DNA of 63,997 bases, counting the filler, from Porpidia crustulata (lineage: Eukaryota), in NCBI GenBank assembly GCA_964255105.1. It is 7 parts of 7 records of this genome, joined end to end, with 100 filler letters (N's around TTAATTAATTAA, not from the genome) between each part and the next. Parts side by side here need not be neighbours in the genome. Positions count along the whole stretch, not along the records: positions 18,487 to 27,627 come from CAXUWE010000990.1; positions 27,728 to 36,864 come from CAXUWE010000991.1; positions 36,965 to 46,094 come from CAXUWE010000992.1; 4 more parts are not named here. The stretch is one strand, 5' to 3'. How positions within the stretch are numbered: the first letter of the stretch is position 1; the number at the start of each line of letters is the position of its first letter. The notes under the pieces were generated by a model. The model saw only the letters and a list, made by a program, of their open reading frames with translations. It searched no databases and was not told the DNA's origin. Shown in pieces: positions 27,478-40,907 of this stretch. The position numbers were made by a program, and so were the translations under genes.

Positions 27478-27627
27478 ATGAAAGTCTCGATCTTCGCCCT
27501 CTTCCTCCTCCTCATCCTGCCCTCCGCCACTCCAGTCCCTCGAGGAATCGTAGATCTCGTGTTCATCACTGCTGATCAAAGATCAGCATCAGATGTCTGT
27601 CCAAAGGTTCGTAGATTCCCATTTCCA
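27478..27627 (+). CDS. small secreted protein, 5' part only (contig end)
   Basis: MKVSIFALFLLLILPSA is a signal-peptide-like start, followed by TPVPRGIVDLVF. Upstream TATA box; runs into the spacer. Confidence 0.65.
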
Positions 27628-27727
27628 NNNNNNNNNNNNNNNNNNNNNNNNNNNNNNNNNNNNNNNNNNNNTTAATTAATTAANNNNNNNNNNNNNNNNN
27701 NNNNNNNNNNNNNNNNNNNNNNNNNNN
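27628..27727. other. artificial contig spacer
   Basis: N44-TTAATTAATTAA-N44. Confidence 0.97.
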
Positions 27728-28490
27728 TTCCGATCACGTTCCCTTTTTCCCCTCACTTTGTCTTGTTCTTTCGCCTCCCTCTTAGCACGTTTCGCGACAA
27801 GGTCCTCATAGCTCATGACTTTCGCCTTCCCTAGGACTATTGACTTGGTCGATCGTCAAACTTTGGCTTCATCGTTGATGGTAATTAAAAACCGAATTTG
27901 GTCCTGCTGAAGGACATCCTTGGCAAGGGATATTTGAGTAGCATTGGCGAGCTTCTGTACGTGCCTCTGTAGGCTCTGTTTCCTCGTCTCATCGAGTGTA
28001 TGAGCATCCTGTTTGATAATCAAATTCTTTGGTAGAATGCTTGGATCTTGTAATACCTTTTCGATCACCTCAAACCAGTGCGTGATCTTCTTGTACGTGT
28101 TTTTCTCGTGACGGTTCCAGTCTAGTGCCCTAACTCTTCTCGCTTGAAGTACTGTATGGCGCTTCTCGAAAGCCTTCGCCCAGTTCCTGCCTGAAGGCTT
28201 GAGTGGTCTGTCCGTCGCTGGTGGGTGAAACTAAAAGCGAGTGAAGGTACAAATTTGATTCGCACAGGTTGTCCGAAATCAGCCATTTGGAATAAAAACT
28301 TAAGGAGGACTCTCTCTTCCCACGGGGTGAGATACTGTTGGCTCTCGGCCTTCTGTTCTAGCGAGCGTCGTCCCTGTGCACAATGATGTAGGGTCGAGTG
28401 AGGGATCCCGCCATGATCTGCTAGGGCACAGTATGATTTAGGCATGCCAACAGGAACGCCTTGCGTCAGTACCTGATTGGCTCTGTCCAT
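27728..28490 (-). mobile_element. degenerate, internally deleted pogo/Fot1-like (Tc1/mariner) transposase
   Basis: HTH/CENP-B-like N-terminus (IPHSTLHH, QQYLTPWEE, GQPVRIKF). After a frameshift near 28215: PSGRNWAKAFEKRH...RALDWNRH...ITHWFEVI. It then jumps to the C-terminal QKLANA...INDEAKV*RSTKSIVLGKAKVMSYEDL. No DDE core. Confidence 0.82.
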
Positions 28491-29174
28491 ATTAGCTTAC
28501 TGTAATGATAGCGATAACGGACGGAAACGAGTGAGAAGCAGCGCCTCTAGGCAGCAAGAGTGAGGCAGACGATAATCGCGCTAGGCATAAAGAAAATGGG
28601 CACGTGCCTCCCTATGGACGCTTCTAGAAACATAGAACGGTGTGCCACAGTCAGCCTAGAAGCTATATCGAAAAGAGGATAGCTCCACATGATCCCAAAA
28701 ATTACGGTATCAAGCCATAGACTAACACATGCCAAGGTACGCTTAAATATCGCTCCAAGGCGCGAGGCTGTCGCCACTCTTCTTCGCACGGGGAGACTTC
28801 GGAATGTATGTTTAAAGCTTGGGGTTATATTCTTTCTTTACAGAACTATCAAACTATGGTTCCGAAAACCGAAAATATGTGACTGGTCGTGATTTAGCAG
28901 GGGGGAACAGCTGAAGCGGCAATTGATGGCGTCAACCGAACGAGCGTTAGCATGACCAACACCGCGGTAATTTTCGTTGCAGACAGGTGTCCGGGAGGAG
29001 AAATGGCTGTGGAAAAGTCCTTTACCAACCATATCTTCATAGACTTGCGAGAGAGAGACTTCAAAGGCCTAAATTGGTGGTTCGTCTCGCGACGGGGTGC
29101 GTCTCGCGACCCAGGGACGGACGTTAGTGTTCAGTCAAATACTATGATCGAATATCTTCAAGATGGGATTTGTA

Positions 29175-29207
29175 ACGCGTGCGCTGTTTTACGCGTTCGC
29201 GACGCGA
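29175..29207. promoter_or_regulatory. cluster of MCB (ACGCGT) cell-cycle boxes
   Basis: ACGCGT at 29175-29180 and 29191-29196 plus ACGCGA at 29202-29207, about 120-150 bp upstream of the ATG at 29325. Confidence 0.55.
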
Positions 29208-29324
29208 TAGAGTACATAAAGACCTTTCATAAAGGTGTTGATAGAGATTCGTACAGTAAATTTTTGACTTGCTTGAAATTTTTCTATCTAGGAGTTGAAC
29301 TGTTTTGTCTTCAGCGTAGCACAA

Positions 29325-30608
29325 ATGAATAAAGCGAGTCAACCCGCGAGAGACGCTCGCCGGAGAAGCATGTTGCCGATGAAGACGACGGGAAAAGTTG
29401 TGATTCAACCTGAAGCACAGCACGAGCACAACGACAAAGCGTCGATGGCTGATCGAATCAATTACGAGGCTAACGTATCTGCATTGCCGAAACTGTCTGA
29501 CCGAGAAAGATCTCATACACATCAACGAGGGACATCTCACAATCAGCCAAAGCCGATTGGGATCGAGCGCAAATCGTCGACTAACGTTGAACGTAGAGCT
29601 CCTCGAGCTTCAGGAATTGTGGCTCCCCACTCAAACTATTACCGCGCGTCATCGAAGAATAACTCTCAACCAAGTTTACCGCTAGTTCAACGAGCAGCTG
29701 ATACCATCAAAGTCGAACGTCCTCGACCTGCTTCCGAAGTTCTTTCAGCAGAAGGCCGTACAAGCAGGGGGCATGCCAGACCCATATCCTTACAGCAACA
29801 CTTCACACCTAGAAAGATACCTAAAGCACCGACAGCTTCATTCTTTGCTCAGCCGACAGCCAAACAACATCACGAAGATGTGTCCCCTAGTGACATAGCT
29901 CGTTTGCAGACGGAGCTAGCTCAGCTTCATCTACTACATCGTGATTCGGCTGTCGTCCAAATTCAGCGGCAGAAAAGTGCTGAGAGTGTTTTGCAACGCC
30001 GCTTTGAGGACTTGTCCGAGCGCCATGTGGAACTCAAAAATATTGCATGTGAATCCCAGGCCCTCATCAATCAATCAGCACTTTTAGCGTGGTGTCAATG
30101 TTTATCAGATATTGAAATCGCTCAGAAGGTGCAAATACTCTCGCATTGCATTACGGAAGTCAGCCTTATGCTCGGGTCAGAATCCCAAATCCCACGATTA
30201 CTTGGCTTGTTTCAGGCATGGTCTGATAGAGTTGGTCTCATACAGAAATCAAGACGCTACTCCACCAGTGGCGTTGGCCAGACTCTGGATTTTGTTGAGA
30301 GTGTCGGGGATAGATGGTCAGCTGACATTGATCTCCTTACTGAAAAGCTTTCTTCTCTTTCAAGAAAAGTGGAAAGCCTAGGAGCAGTTCGAGAAGAGTC
30401 TAGCCTCAGCCGTGTGCTGCTGCTGCTTCATAGCATTATTACTAATCTTAAGGATGAGCTCGAATTGATTAGAAGCATCGAACACGAGATCATGGCCCAG
30501 GAGATAAACTGGGTTCAGGATCTGATCCAGGATCTGGCCGGTCAAGTAGACACTGACGACGTCGCTAGGGCGATTTCGCCAAAGGGTACGTCGCATGTTG
30601 ATAGTTGA
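29325..30608 (+). CDS. hypothetical protein with a basic disordered N-terminus and a helical coiled-coil C-terminus
   Basis: 427-aa ORF from ATG 29325. IARLQTELAQLHLLH...LQRRFEDL followed by long amphipathic helices. Confidence 0.75.
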   Translation: MNKASQPARDARRRSMLPMKTTGKVVIQPEAQHEHNDKASMADRINYEANVSALPKLSDRERSHTHQRGTSHNQPKPIGIERKSSTNVERRAPRASGIVAPHSNYYRASSKNNSQPSLPLVQRAADTIKVERPRPASEVLSAEGRTSRGHARPISLQQHFTPRKIPKAPTASFFAQPTAKQHHEDVSPSDIARLQTELAQLHLLHRDSAVVQIQRQKSAESVLQRRFEDLSERHVELKNIACESQALINQSALLAWCQCLSDIEIAQKVQILSHCITEVSLMLGSESQIPRLLGLFQAWSDRVGLIQKSRRYSTSGVGQTLDFVESVGDRWSADIDLLTEKLSSLSRKVESLGAVREESSLSRVLLLLHSIITNLKDELELIRSIEHEIMAQEINWVQDLIQDLAGQVDTDDVARAISPKGTSHVDS

Positions 30609-33225
30609 CCATGTCGTGTCCAATCTGCATTTTGCTATATATCTGTGTTATTGGTCAATGTTGGTCACAAGACCAGGACTGCGTTACTATCAGTATCGTC
30701 ATGAATGCCTAAAATTATGGTCAAATAAGCCAAATATTTGATGGACGGCTGTATTGAAAACCGAACTTCTCGGATGCATATGTGCTCTTCATATAGGCTC
30801 TGAGTTCCACGCCCCATAGGACTCGAACACTTAGCCCCGGTACAGCGGAAATTGGTCAGGCTTACTGATTTTGGACTGTTTCATCAGGACATGGTCTCTA
30901 CGGAGTTCGAATACACCCTATACAAGTGCTGGAACACCGGATTTTTTCCTGCAGACTGGAGGTAGACGGTTCCACGTAAGCCCTCGGGATTCAGGCCACT
31001 TTCCGACCGCAATCCTCGTAGCTACCGACTGTATACCGTGTACAGGATGCTTGCCTCATTGCTAGTCATCCAAGACGGGTTCTAATGGGCTCTCTCGAAC
31101 CCTCTCATGGTCGACACGCTACCTGAGGTTGCTCGGCCCAAGCTCTCCTAAGTTATTAAAAGAGGGCCGAGCGTGGAAAAAGATTCATCATGCCAAACAC
31201 GGGTGTTTTGTCCAAAATAATGGACATGTCTCTAGCTGATTATTTCAGTAAGCTGGCCAGAATGGTACAGTTGATGGACGATTAAATTAGCTCACTCTAT
31301 GATGCATGACCATCCATCATTTTCGATTGGTAAGATGTCCAAATACTATGATGTTATTTCCTATTCAAGCTGGTGCCAGGTTTGAGCCTAGATATGCGAG
31401 AGACCCCTGTGTCATTCTTCTAAAGGGGTTGCAGTATCTATGGTAGTAATCCATCGCAACAACAGGCTGAGTCTCGTTATGAGCTGGCTATTGGCATGGT
31501 AGGATCTAGCATGAGATGGCATGCTGCATATCAGTCACTTCAGGATATCTCCAGGTTTCTATGGATTTCAGCCTGTGGAAGCTGGATATATTGGTAGTAC
31601 GCTATCTACGACCGACCCTATATCCTAGGAGAGCTTAGCAATATTGTGTCATCTTAGGTTTGTGCAACTTGTTGCACCCTTGATGACATTTCTCACAATA
31701 GATTTCATGGATAAACCAAGGATGTGTACTCGCCCTTCTCGTAGGACAGAAAAATTGCATTAAGAAAAGCTTTCCCCTGACATGATAGAGCTATTCCGCC
31801 GTGATCAGGCATTTGAGCGGAAAATCTATCTGCTTGCTTCAACATTAAGAGAGCACACCTACTCACCAAACCGACTATCCGATATGCGATGAAAGTCTTA
31901 GGTGGCAAATTTATTGTGAACGCCTAAAACCTTACCGCCAGGGCACGAGCGAATAACCGGACTCTCCCAACAGGCAGTCGCTGCAGTAGCACGTAGGTAA
32001 TATCTCCTAGTGCGTGCCATATACCCTCGAAGGTCGAGGGAATTTCTGGCGGTCTTATAAATAGAGTTGAATGAACTCCTTTCGAGCCTCCTGCTAGTCT
32101 AGGTCATCCTTGACCACTTGGGAGCTTCTCAGCGAATATCTTGGGCTAGGATTGCCATGGAACCTCTGCTAAGAGATGCAACTTCCACCGCTAGCTCCTC
32201 CCTTGCCATTGCCAACGTCGATTCTTTGAAGTATAGCATTATTCACTCAGATCACTTCCGGTGAAAGGATATCTCCGCGTCCTTTCTCTATTAAGTATGC
32301 TGAATACACGCTTTCACCTATGAATCTGGTTTCGCCAAGAACAAGGACCAATCCTAAGCTTATCAAGGACCAGCAATGGTATATAAACGTAAGCTCTTTA
32401 GTGTCCCAACAATTGCAACATGAACACGATGGCCTGCCTTCCGCCCAAGTACGAGCTCAAAAGAAAACTCGAGGTCTTGGCAGGAAATACCAAGCTTTTG
32501 ACAACGAAATTAACAGTCTGAAGAAGGAGCAGTCAGATTAGGAGGCACAAGTCAAATCCCTCCGATCCCAGCTTCAGGCAGTGGTACAAAGCAAGGAACA
32601 ATCACAGCAGCGCTCAACCACACAAGGCACATAATACATCGATATCACGACTATAGCCTTGAAGATGCAAGCACAGAGTGACTTAAAAACGCGTCAATGG
32701 AGGGTCAAAGAATTGGAAAGGAGCTGGAGAAACAAGCTTTGATTCAGTGACTTGCTGTTTCCAACCTGGAGAGGAGGCACGTCATTAAGAGACTACTAGA
32801 GGATGATGTCTTAGGATTGCTCGAGAGATCTCGGTGGAATCAGCATGAGGAAGCAGTAGGCAATAGTACCAGTCGTAGTGTAAACGGATTCAGGACAATA
32901 ATTGTGATTGTCTACCAGCTTGATATATGATGATAAGGGCTTCATTCGGTAGAAATATTTATAAGTATGCGGAGATAGATCCGGACTCGATGTTTTGCCT
33001 ACGATACGTTTAGGGCTGAAAGAAGGATGGCGGATCACGTGAGTTCGTGACTCTGCTAGCCCGTACTAAGTCCTTTACTAGAGCGTGGCGGCACACTAGC
33101 GGCAGGGCTACCCAGCGGACCGAGACGATGGTTAAGCTCCGACCCCACGTTAACGTAAGCTGTCGTACATACACTCCACCTTTCTCACCCACCACCTAAC
33201 CTTGCACCCAAGCTATCTTGGAACC

Positions 33226-36200
33226 ATGAAGCCGACGCTGCAGGATTGTCTGCTACGGCGGGAACTGGGGCAGAGCTCCAGACACTCTACGATCAAAGGG
33301 TTGTATGGGGATAGAGGCTGGATAGATGATCTTGATATCGTCAATGAGCTTGGGGGACATTCAGGTTGTGTCAATGCACTCAGGCAAGCCTTCTGGAGAT
33401 ATAGGTACTAATCGTAAATTCCTACTGATACTGTCATCTCCTCAAGCTGGTCAACTGCAGGCAATCTTCTCGCGTCAGGTAGTGACGACAAGCATCTAAA
33501 CATCCACTCCTATCAGCCTGAAAACTCCACCTTGCCTTTTACTTTCACGACAACAATTGCAACAGGCCATCAATCCAACATCTTCTCTGTTAAATTCATG
33601 CCCCATTCAAGGGACCGTACGCTTGTCTCTTGTGCTGGTGACGCCGAAGTCAGAGTCTTCGATATAGAACATAATGGCCGCTCTACTGTATCTTCCACTG
33701 GTTCCACTTCGGCCTCAGGAGGACTGGTATACCGTCTCGATAATATGTACAAAGGGATCAGGTATCTGGGTGAGGGAAATACGAATGCAAGGGTGTACCG
33801 CTCTCACGCAGATCGTGTGAAGCGGATAGTAACGGAATCATCTCCTCATCTTTTTCTGACATGCTCAGAGGATGGTGAGGTTAGATACCGCCCTCCTTGT
33901 GTAAAAGAGTCATACTAAAAATTTGCAAAAGGTGCGCCAATTTGACCTTCGATTGCCTTCGTCGGCATATCCAGCTCCAGCCGGTGGTCGGGGCTTCTAC
34001 TCTCGTAGAACAAACCAGCATAACGACTCGAACGTACCTCCGCCCTTGATCTCATACAAGCGATACAACCTCGATCTAAATACCATATCTTGCTCGTCAA
34101 GTCAACCGCATTATATTGCACTTGGTGGCGCTCACCTTCATTGCTTCCTCCATGATCGCAGAATGCTTGGACGGGATCATCAGCTTGAGAAGGGGAGCCC
34201 TGGAAACGCATCATTGGCGAGCAACATGCCATCCCACGATCAAGAGCTGATGGGAAAAGCTACGCAGTGCGTGCGCAAGTTTGCGCCGGGCGGAAGAAAG
34301 AGGATGCGGAGGACTGATAACGGGCATATTACCGCCTGTAAAATCAGTGACGCCCACCCGAACGAAATGATCGTGAGCTGGTCTGGTGATCATATTTACA
34401 GTTTCGATCTCGTCAATAGTCCCGATGTTAGGGGCAGGGAGGAAAAGAATAGTGAAACCCTCACTGGGCACGTAGCGAAGCGCAAGACAAACTATTCTGG
34501 CAATCGTAAGCGGAAGAGGAAGCAGGGCACTTCGCAATCGCCCGAGAGTACGAGAAGAGGCTCAAGATCAAGGCATTCGAGAAAGGAGGCAAACGTGTAC
34601 GAAAATCTTGCGCTCCGCGTTCGCTACGAGAATGGGCAGAGTGAGGATATTCCTATGGCCGACGATACTGTAATTGTCCATCAATCGGCGGTGGGAGAAG
34701 CAAGGGAATCGATGCTAAGTCAGTCCCAGAGGAGGAGCATGAAAATAGCAAAAAGTCTCGTCAGAATCCGCAAACTTTTGTTTTCTCTTGATGGCGATCA
34801 GGTAGGCCACGAGAATCTAGATCCATCAATCCACGCAGCAAAATTTACCTCTGTACTTGGCCTGGCTGCAACCTATCTTCCAGAGATGGACGAGATCGCA
34901 AGATCTTGGCGCTACCCCGTAAACCCACTTCAGGAGGACGTTCTTCTCCAGCAGACACTACGAGCCAACCGAGATTCATCACGTCGTTTTCTACAAGCTT
35001 CTGGGACGTTATCTAGGCTTCTTGGAGGGAAGTTGCAAACACTCGCTCCCAGCCCAGCTTTAGAGATCTTCCGAAATATCAGTCCTGCGCCGCTGGAAGC
35101 TGGTGTGGCTATGTCGCCACGCCAAATCTTCAGTTACGAATTTCTTCGAGCCATAACCCTTTGGTTGGATGGTGGAATTGATGAGCTTTCGCAAGGCTTT
35201 AGACTATCTGCGACTCACCGAGGCGGTATTACCAGGTTCCCCATACCCACTGATGCTCAGAATTCTGGCATCGATGATTTTTTGATACCCTATCTTATCC
35301 GACTTGCACGAGGAGGTGCAATCCACAATGTTGACGCTTCCAGGTTTGAAAGGGACCAGTACAGACAAGTCTTCGAGACAGAGTCTGCTGCGGTGGTTGC
35401 ATTTAGTCACGCTGTTAGGATGCCCCTTGAAGATCTGTCAAATGCTGTCGTGCCTGCCTTGACTCGTGAAGAGCGGACTCTAGCGGTTGCCCAGGATAGG
35501 AATACGGCGCTCAAATTTTGGGGTTTCAAGGTAGGACGTGGGCTTCTAATGAATGCTGGGGAAGGAGTAAACTTTCAGTTTGTCGACACAGCATTCGGTG
35601 GGCTCGGCACAAGTGCTAACGACATCGAAGATGATAAGCTGCAGGAAGACATAGATCCAGAAAGTGATTCTTCTCTTGATCTTGAAGACGCTCCCTCTGA
35701 TGCCGAGGTTGTTTTGATGGATGATCTTCACGATGAGATTGCTGAACAAATGGCGGAACATGATGAACAAGACAATGACACCAACGATGACGATAACGAT
35801 AATGGTGATGATGATAACAGCGAAGCCGATGATGACGATGAGATTACTGCAGAGGAACGCCATTTCGTATTCCAATCGGCTTCTAATAGGGGTAGATTAC
35901 GGGAATCAGTCGAGCAAGACGTGCCATGTGTCTCCCATACTCGACAATACCGCGGCCATTGCAACATAAAGACTGTCAAGGACTGCAATTTTTTTGGGCT
36001 GGACGATGAATACGTGGTCAGTGGCAGCGACTCGGGCCATCTATTCATTTGGGACAAAAACACCACTGAGCTGGTCAATATTCTTGAAGGCGACGGCGAA
36101 GTTGTGAATGTTGTCCAAGGTATGTCGCCGGTACTTTTGAGCCCTCTGTTCATGCGGATCATATTAGGGGTCAACTGACCCTTTTCAAACTACCCTTAGG

Positions 36201-36838
36201 CCACCCCTACGAACCTCTCCTCGCCGTCTCCGGCATCGACCACACCGTCAAAATATTCTCCCCCGATGCCCGCGCCCAACACAACGCGCGCCACGGCCTC
36301 AACCTCGGCACCTCCGAATCCTCGGACTGCGGCCACTCCTCGATCCGGAGCCACTCACGTCGCCGCCGCCAGCCTGCCCAGACCCTTGACGACGAAGCAC
36401 CAGGCCTCTCGAGCCGCAAACGCATGCAGCAAAGCTACCAGATCGTCAGCCAGAATGACGTGGACAGGCAGGGGGGAACACGGGATGCGTTTATCACGGT
36501 ACGTGGCCTTGCCCTGCAAGAGAGGATGGCGAGGGTGGAGGTCGGTTTTGCGGAGTGGGCCAGTTGGTTCGGCCGGTGAAGTTGCTTCAAATCGGTGGCT
36601 GATATCTTTCCCTGGGGGTGGCTGCAGAGAAGCATGTTGGCGCAATTTGCGGCGAGATTGACGGCGCAGAGGAGCGCTGGGAACGGGGCTGGCGGTGCAG
36701 GTGGAGGGCAGGAGGGAGAGGGAGACGGGGAGAGTGAAATGGGGCCGGTGATGGTCGACGATGATTGCGTGGTGAGTTTCTGGTATATCGCGTGGGAAGT
36801 TTGTAGAGGCGGCTAACCGTGAAGTATAGATCATGTAG
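33226..36838 (+). CDS. WD40-repeat protein, DCAF8/DCAF6-like CUL4-DDB1 substrate receptor
   Basis: Exons 33226-33383, 33447-33879, 33932-36119, 36200-36498, 36628-36771 and 36830-36838 give 1076 aa. WD motifs GHSGCVNALSWS, LASGSDD, GHQSNIFSVKF, YRGHCNIKTVK, SGSDSGHLFIWDK and HPYEPLLAVSGID; acidic tract; C-terminus CVIM. Confidence 0.87.
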
Positions 36839-36864
36839 ATGGCGGAACATGGGCGGCTGGGGTG

Positions 36865-36964
36865 NNNNNNNNNNNNNNNNNNNNNNNNNNNNNNNNNNNN
36901 NNNNNNNNTTAATTAATTAANNNNNNNNNNNNNNNNNNNNNNNNNNNNNNNNNNNNNNNNNNNN
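36865..36964. other. artificial contig spacer
   Basis: N44-TTAATTAATTAA-N44. Confidence 0.97.
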
Positions 36965-38005
36965 GGGGGGTGGTATGGGGTTGTCGGGATGGTTGGTGGA
37001 AATGGAATGCTTTGAGGTGGACTTGTGGATGTCTTCCGAGGCTTTTAAAGGTATAGGGGATCCCGCGGATGAACGGGTGGTGCTATCGGCTTCGCTGTCG
37101 CTTGATGAGCTGGAGGTACCGCTCGAGGATGTCTCGTCATCGTTTATTACCGGGACTTCAGAAGCAGCCGGCATCTCTACTCTCTTATTGGTCTTTGTGC
37201 TCGACTTAGATGTGCGATCCTGCAAGTCCACTTTGATGGCCTCATTCTTTTTGGGTCTGCGTGTTGGTGGAAGAGGTTCCACAACATTTCCGTCGTCATC
37301 CACCCAGCCGACATCGTCCACAAAGCCCGCAACAGCTTTGTCGCTTGATGTCTTCTGATTGCTCCTTAGAAAGCTGGCATGCTTGGTTGACTTTTCGAAC
37401 TCGTGAACAATAGTCGCCCGATCAGATTCACGTTTGCTTTTCTTTACCTTGCCATCGCCCACTGCAGTCTTCTCTAATTTCGTTGCATTCGGGGGCAAGG
37501 TAGTTTTGAATAGACATTCGGCTTTGTCACTGAAACTCGATTTCTTTGGCTTCCCTTTCTTGTCGTTTCGATCTTTTCGGACTTTCATTGGCTTGCCCTC
37601 TTTTGAGGGTGGCTCTGTCCATCCACGTTTTACCTTGCGATCTTTTGGTAGTTCGACACCCGGCAAGACTCCCTCTTTTTTTTCCGCTTTCACTTTCTTC
37701 GCTCTCTTTATGAGCGTATCACTTTCCTTCGCCACATCCTCTTCTCTAGCCCTCTTGCTCTTCTTCTCCGGCCGTGCTATCTCAATCTGCATCTTCGACC
37801 CCTTCAAGATGGACCCATTGAACTTTTTCTTAATCTTGTCTGCCTCCATGATTGGCAGCTCGACGTAGCCGTAGTTTCGCTCAGGAAACGTTTGAAGAGT
37901 ATGATAGGAGATGTTCGCTGCGGTCTTGAGAACATGTGTGGGGAGGATTATCGGTAGAAGATCTGGATTAAAGGGACAAATATGCAGGCGCCTGCGCTCT
38001 GTCAT
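36965..38005 (-). CDS. RRM-containing Lys/Ser-rich putative nucleolar protein (Nop8/NOL8-like), 3' end missing
   Basis: N-terminal degenerate RRM (RLHICPF...NYGYVEL...KKKFNGSILKGSKMQIEIARP), then K-rich and S/D-rich low complexity. Open to the contig edge. Confidence 0.72.
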
Positions 38006-39625
38006 TGAGAAGATACTCAACTAGGAGAATTCACCGGTTCAAAGTATTCCATTGTCATAGATGGGCGAGATCAATCAAAGCAATACTGAGACGAACAAAA
38101 TCCAAGTTCTTGATATTGAAGAACTCTTATCTTAGTTTGTTGACTGCAATAGACGCCGGCTTAGCGCCGACCGCTCTAGCTTTGTACGGCGACCTCTTTC
38201 TGCCTCGAATGCCATGTCGAACAACTTATCTATAAAATGGATGTTCAGAGAGAGTTGTCGTAGTAAATGGAGACAAATTGTTAATGAAGAGAACTCTAAC
38301 TTTGACTCCATATACATCGAACTCGACGGCGTCTTTCCAACAGAGGTTTAGTAAGACCTGTTGCAAAGCATCAATCGCGGTTCTCTGCTTCAACTTGGTT
38401 TCCTACTGCTTCATCAACGCGTTATTGATGGCTATCCAAACCAGCCTTAGTGCAGTAGCGATATGCATTTCCTTGCTACTCCATTTTCATCGACGGGAGT
38501 CTTCGTCTAAGCACTATTGGGATTTGGAGCACATGGAGTCGTCCTCCTACACGATCAGATTGCTTCAAGTAGACTCCATACGTTTGAAAATCCCGTTCTT
38601 CTGCTTTTCTGGAACATCGATAGACCAACTTTATTGAATAGAAATTACTTATGAAATACTTTACACAGTGGCAAAAAACCGCGGGCCGGTGGGCCACGAT
38701 TTCTCAAGCATTTCTAGCTCCGTTCTGAGCGCGCAGATGCGTTGTATAACGATGATGGAGAATACAATGTCATGAATGCCGTCAACAGAGTCGTATTCTT
38801 CATGCAATGCGCAATCAATCGCTCTCATACCAAGGGACAAGCAAGGTTAAAGCAGACAAGATCATTTCGTCCTATCCTGCTCAATTCTAACCTACGTCTG
38901 TATCATCCTCCGCTCAACCCTCAAACCTAATATCGAAGACTCAGCCATAATCTTCCTCCCCACCCCCCGAACAGGCACCCTCTCCAACCGAGGTCAAGGT
39001 CAGGTCACAATGTGGAGCAAGCGTAGCTAGTGTACTACGGTTCCTGCACCTCACTGACGGAGTCTTTGTCTGCATGCGAATCTGAAACAGGCGATCTCCA
39101 TCCATTATGCGGCTACTGACAGTCTCAGGCCGTCGTCGTGACGGCCAAGTTTAAGCTTGGTTATTCTTGGAACTGTAGGTAAGCTTGAGGGACGGGCGTT
39201 TCATGGCCCTGCTTTGGGTGTGGGGGCGATTGACGAGGTTGGTAGCTGCCTGGGTGACGTCTTATACTACTGTGGCTAATTATTGTACCTAACTAAGCCG
39301 TACTTTGAGATGTCACACTTTAGATTGATCCTTGGAAGCTAATTAGACAGGTAGGTAAGGTAATAAAGTTAGAGTAGTATAGCAGAATGTCAAGATCAAA
39401 ATTGAGATATATTTGCACTCTGATGGCTTAGTTGGAACATGTGTAAATCTATTCATTCATCAATACCGTTTCTTTAGACCAAATATATCGTGAAATCTAC
39501 ATCTCGGATAGATGATGACCGGTAGATAATGACAGTAGGACAGCTCACTTGTATCCCCTTTATCCTGTATTGAACGCCATGCTCGCTGAGATAGATATAA
39601 AACGACAGATGTCAACGCTTTTCCT

Positions 39626-40907
<1,282 letters not shown>

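Noticed and set aside
30800..30900. Minus-strand GTTCGAGTCC (tRNA B-box-like) and nearby CTGATGA (hammerhead-core-like)
   Set aside because: No T-stem or cloverleaf pairing, and no stem II/GAAA arrangement could be formed.
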